A stretch of DNA of 63,649 bases, the filler included, from Collodictyon triciliatum (Eukaryota), in the NCBI GenBank assembly GCA_043381765.1. It is 5 parts of 5 records of this genome, joined end to end, with 100 filler letters (N's around TTAATTAATTAA, not from the genome) between each part and the next. Parts side by side here need not be neighbours in the genome. Positions count along the whole stretch, not along the records: positions 59,382 to 63,649 come from JBHJMP010000734.1; 4 more parts are not named here. One strand, given 5' to 3'. Positions 61,031 through 63,649 of the stretch are shown one piece after another. Both the position numbers and the translations under genes were made by a program. Every line of letters starts with the position of its first letter. The first letter of the stretch is position 1. Below the pieces are notes generated by a model. It was not told the origin of the DNA. It did not search any database and worked only from the letters and a program-made list of their open reading frames with translations.

Positions 61031-62008
61031 TCATGTTAGGGAAATAGTATAGCTACTCACTGGCTCATAGAGTTGAAGCTTTCTCAGAGCCTCTGCGACA
61101 GACAATCCATTGTAATATTCCTTGTTATTCCAGCATGGAAGGGTTGTAATACCACAAGGTGCCCTCTTTATGTTGATACCGGCATCATCGCTAGCAATGC
61201 CCAGCAGTTGGAGATTCTTGAGGGCTGTAATTTGTGCTGGAAGCTCTTCCATCTGCAGAGATAGTTTTTAGCTACTTACTTTTGAATTTGAATTAAATCG
61301 GAGTCATTTATGAAGAAAAGAGCAAAAGGAAAAAAAAACCGGATTGTGAAGAACGTTGAGACAAATGAGATTGGTTAACCCCGATATTCCTTCTGATAGC
61401 AATGACAGTTGATTATAACCAATGTCAAGTTCTGTGAGCCGGTTTAGGTGATATATTCCTTGAGGCAGCGATGTCAGCTGATTCTTGTAAGACCAAAACA
61501 TTTGAAGGTCTAACAGGCATGATACTTCTGTGGGTAGCATCGAGAGTTGATTGTTTGAAACATCAAGGTATGTGATACCAGTCAAGTGTGATATTTCTTG
61601 TGGCAGTGACGTCAGTCGATTGTTGTGGGCATCGAAGTATGTAACACTAGTCAAACGTGATATTTCTGGAGGCAATGACGACATATGATTCCAACCAATA
61701 TGAATATATGCAAGACCAGTCAAGCAAGATATTTCTAGTGGTAAAGAGGACAATTGATTGTGAGCAACACCAAGGGCGCTAAGGCCAGTCAAGTATGATA
61801 TTTTTGACGGCAGCGAGGACAGCCTATTGTCAGAAAGATCCAAAGCGACCAAATGACTCATCCCAAATACCCCGAGTGGCAAAGATATCAGATTTTTGGA
61901 ACCGAGATTGATGTACGTGCGGCTTCGAAGGGTGGAAACGTCCGTGTCTAGAGTGATTTTCTGCAGCTCTTCCAGTTGCGTAGTTCGGCTGGACAAAGAG
62001 TTCCCCAT
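61031..62008 (-). CDS. Leucine-rich-repeat protein with N-terminal MGNSLS motif, 2 exons (62008-~61340, ~61253-61031)
   Basis: About 9 tandem 23-aa LRRs (LDLSDNRLSSLPSKISYLTGL). MGxxxS fits the N-myristoylation consensus. Confidence 0.85.
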
Positions 62009-62673
62009 GCTGCGGAAAAGATCTCGTGGGCTCTGAGTTTGAGATGCCAAACGAGTGGGTTTGTATGTTAGCACGCTGTGGCGCAAGAGTTTTCTTTTCA
62101 GAGCCTCTTGTCAAACTTCGGAGTATTGCATATTTGGTCGGGTGAAAGCAAGGGCGTGAGAAAAGCACATACACCAAACACCCCAATAGAAAAGCGATCC
62201 ACGAGTCAGTGACAGTTGTGGGACTGAGTAGTTGGCATTAAATGATTTTTGTGGTTTGTGGTTCCATTTGCAGTGCATCCAATTGTCCTAATACACCAAC
62301 CCCTTGCTTGACATATGGGAAAGGGCCTTAAAAAGCTCTCACGACAGACTCAACCCTTCTGACCCTCGTCAACAATCATCTAGTTGAGCCGCCTGCAAGG
62401 CCAAGCTGCTATCACTGGTTTCTCTCCAGTAGTGGCATCTCTAACAGTTGCGACATCCAATCGTACCCGCATCTTCTTTTTTTTTTTTTTTTTTTTAGCC
62501 ATTTGTGTGATGGGATACTTCAAGTCTGAATGGGAAAGATGGGTAAGATGCCAGGAGCATCAGCTTTGTCCGGTGTGGGTTTTTGTGAGAAGAGCTTTAT
62601 TTTATTTTATTTTTATTTTTTTGCATTAGCGCCACTTAAAAGGCTAGTGGTTGAAAAGCGAATTGCAAAAGGA

Positions 62674-63490
62674 TTAATAACTCTGGACACGTGTTTGAAG
62701 GGCAGCGAGAAATTTAGACAGGTCGTCCTTGGACACAAGTATAGTTGAGCTATCAAAACTATCATGCTTCACTTGAGCGTTTGTTAATTCAGCCGCGGTG
62801 CGGAATGCTTGACCGAATTCACTAACAAGCCCAGCATAGTTAAATGAATATATATACATATAAATGTGAACGTATATGATTTCAATTCAGGGAACAAAAT
62901 AGAATATAAAATAAGTATATTTGATGGTCAATCGAATAGTTCCATATCATCCCACTAATGATGATGATTTGTGGGAGATGTAGTGAATAATCATGATTAT
63001 TGAACCGTTACTTTCGAATGATGCCTCCAATCTTAGGTGAGCATCCGACACCAATGACGAGATAAGCTTGTTTGCTTTTGAGAAGCGCTGCAAGGACAAG
63101 AGCCTTTGAAACTCTCTTATTTTGCTGGAAAAAAGAGTGTCAGGTTTCAAATTTCTTTTTTTTTATAAGAAAAAAATAGTGTTCATTTCAAATGAATCAT
63201 AGTAAATAATTCATTGAATTAATATAATTTTGTTTCTTCAGTGATATAATCGTGGTTTTATAATATTTAACAATTACTTGATGAACATCCACCAAAAAAT
63301 GTGCAAGCTTTGAAAGAATTAAAGGATGGCTGAACAGATCTAATTCTCTGCAATCATGCAGAAATGCATAACGAAAAGCATACGATGTTACAATGGCTTT
63401 CTTTTCTAGCAAGAGCATTCCTTGTTCCACAATCGCTCGTTGGATACGTATTGACTGTTGCAGTCCGCTATGAAGTAAATCCATTCGCTC
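62674..63490 (-). CDS. CDC45: CDC45 replication initiation factor, last three exons
   Basis: GLQQSIRIQRAIVEQG...FRYAFL...LFSHPLILSKLAHFL, LVLAALL, EFGQAFRTAAELTNAQVKHDSFDSSTILVSKDDLSKFL. Stop TAA 62674-62676. Confidence 0.9.
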
Positions 63491-63525
63491 TCTGTTTTGT
63501 ACGATTAGCAAAGGAATTATCCTTC

Positions 63526-63649
63526 GTATGTCTATGCCTATGTCTATGTCTATGTCTATGTCTATGTCTATGTCTATGTCTATGTCTATGTCTATGTCTA
63601 TGTCTATGTCTATGTCTATGTCTATGTCTATGTCTATGTCTATGTCTAT
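63526..63649. repeat. (CTATGT)n microsatellite in CDC45 intron
   Basis: Directly visible hexamer run to window end. Confidence 0.95.

Overview
Eukaryotic (protist-like) draft-genome sequence with the standard genetic code, many short AT-rich spliceosomal introns and abundant microsatellites. The window is not one locus. Four artificial 100-nt spacers (44 N + TTAATTAATTAA + 44 N, cores at 22553, 43846, 54887 and 59326) join five unrelated scaffolds. Recognisable genes: SEH1 (3' part), a PiT/PHO4 phosphate transporter, a RING-Bbox-Bbox-coiled-coil-NHL (TRIM-NHL-like) protein, a C2-AGC kinase with deviant catalytic motifs, BRK1, a GT77-type nucleotide-sugar transferase domain, a TVGYGD voltage-gated CNBD-family K+ channel, an MFSD4/FucP-like transporter, a DENN-TPR-DUF547 protein, LRRC56/ODA8, a CAMK-like kinase, RPAP1, tRNA-Leu(CAA), an unknown multipass membrane protein, an RS-rich protein, an alcohol dehydrogenase pseudogene fragment, a possibly myristoylated LRR protein and CDC45 (3' part). 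Two signals are missed by the ORF track. (1) A Fanzor1/TnpB-type RNA-guided nuclease remnant lies on the minus strand at 43366-43801, followed directly by a strand-specific stem-loop cluster that is an omega-RNA candidate. (2) Splicing can join the K+ channel in frame, at the start of its cyclic-nucleotide-binding domain, to the GT77 domain, giving a possible channel-enzyme fusion; a misassembly is not excluded. All family calls come from manual motif recognition; no database search was run.
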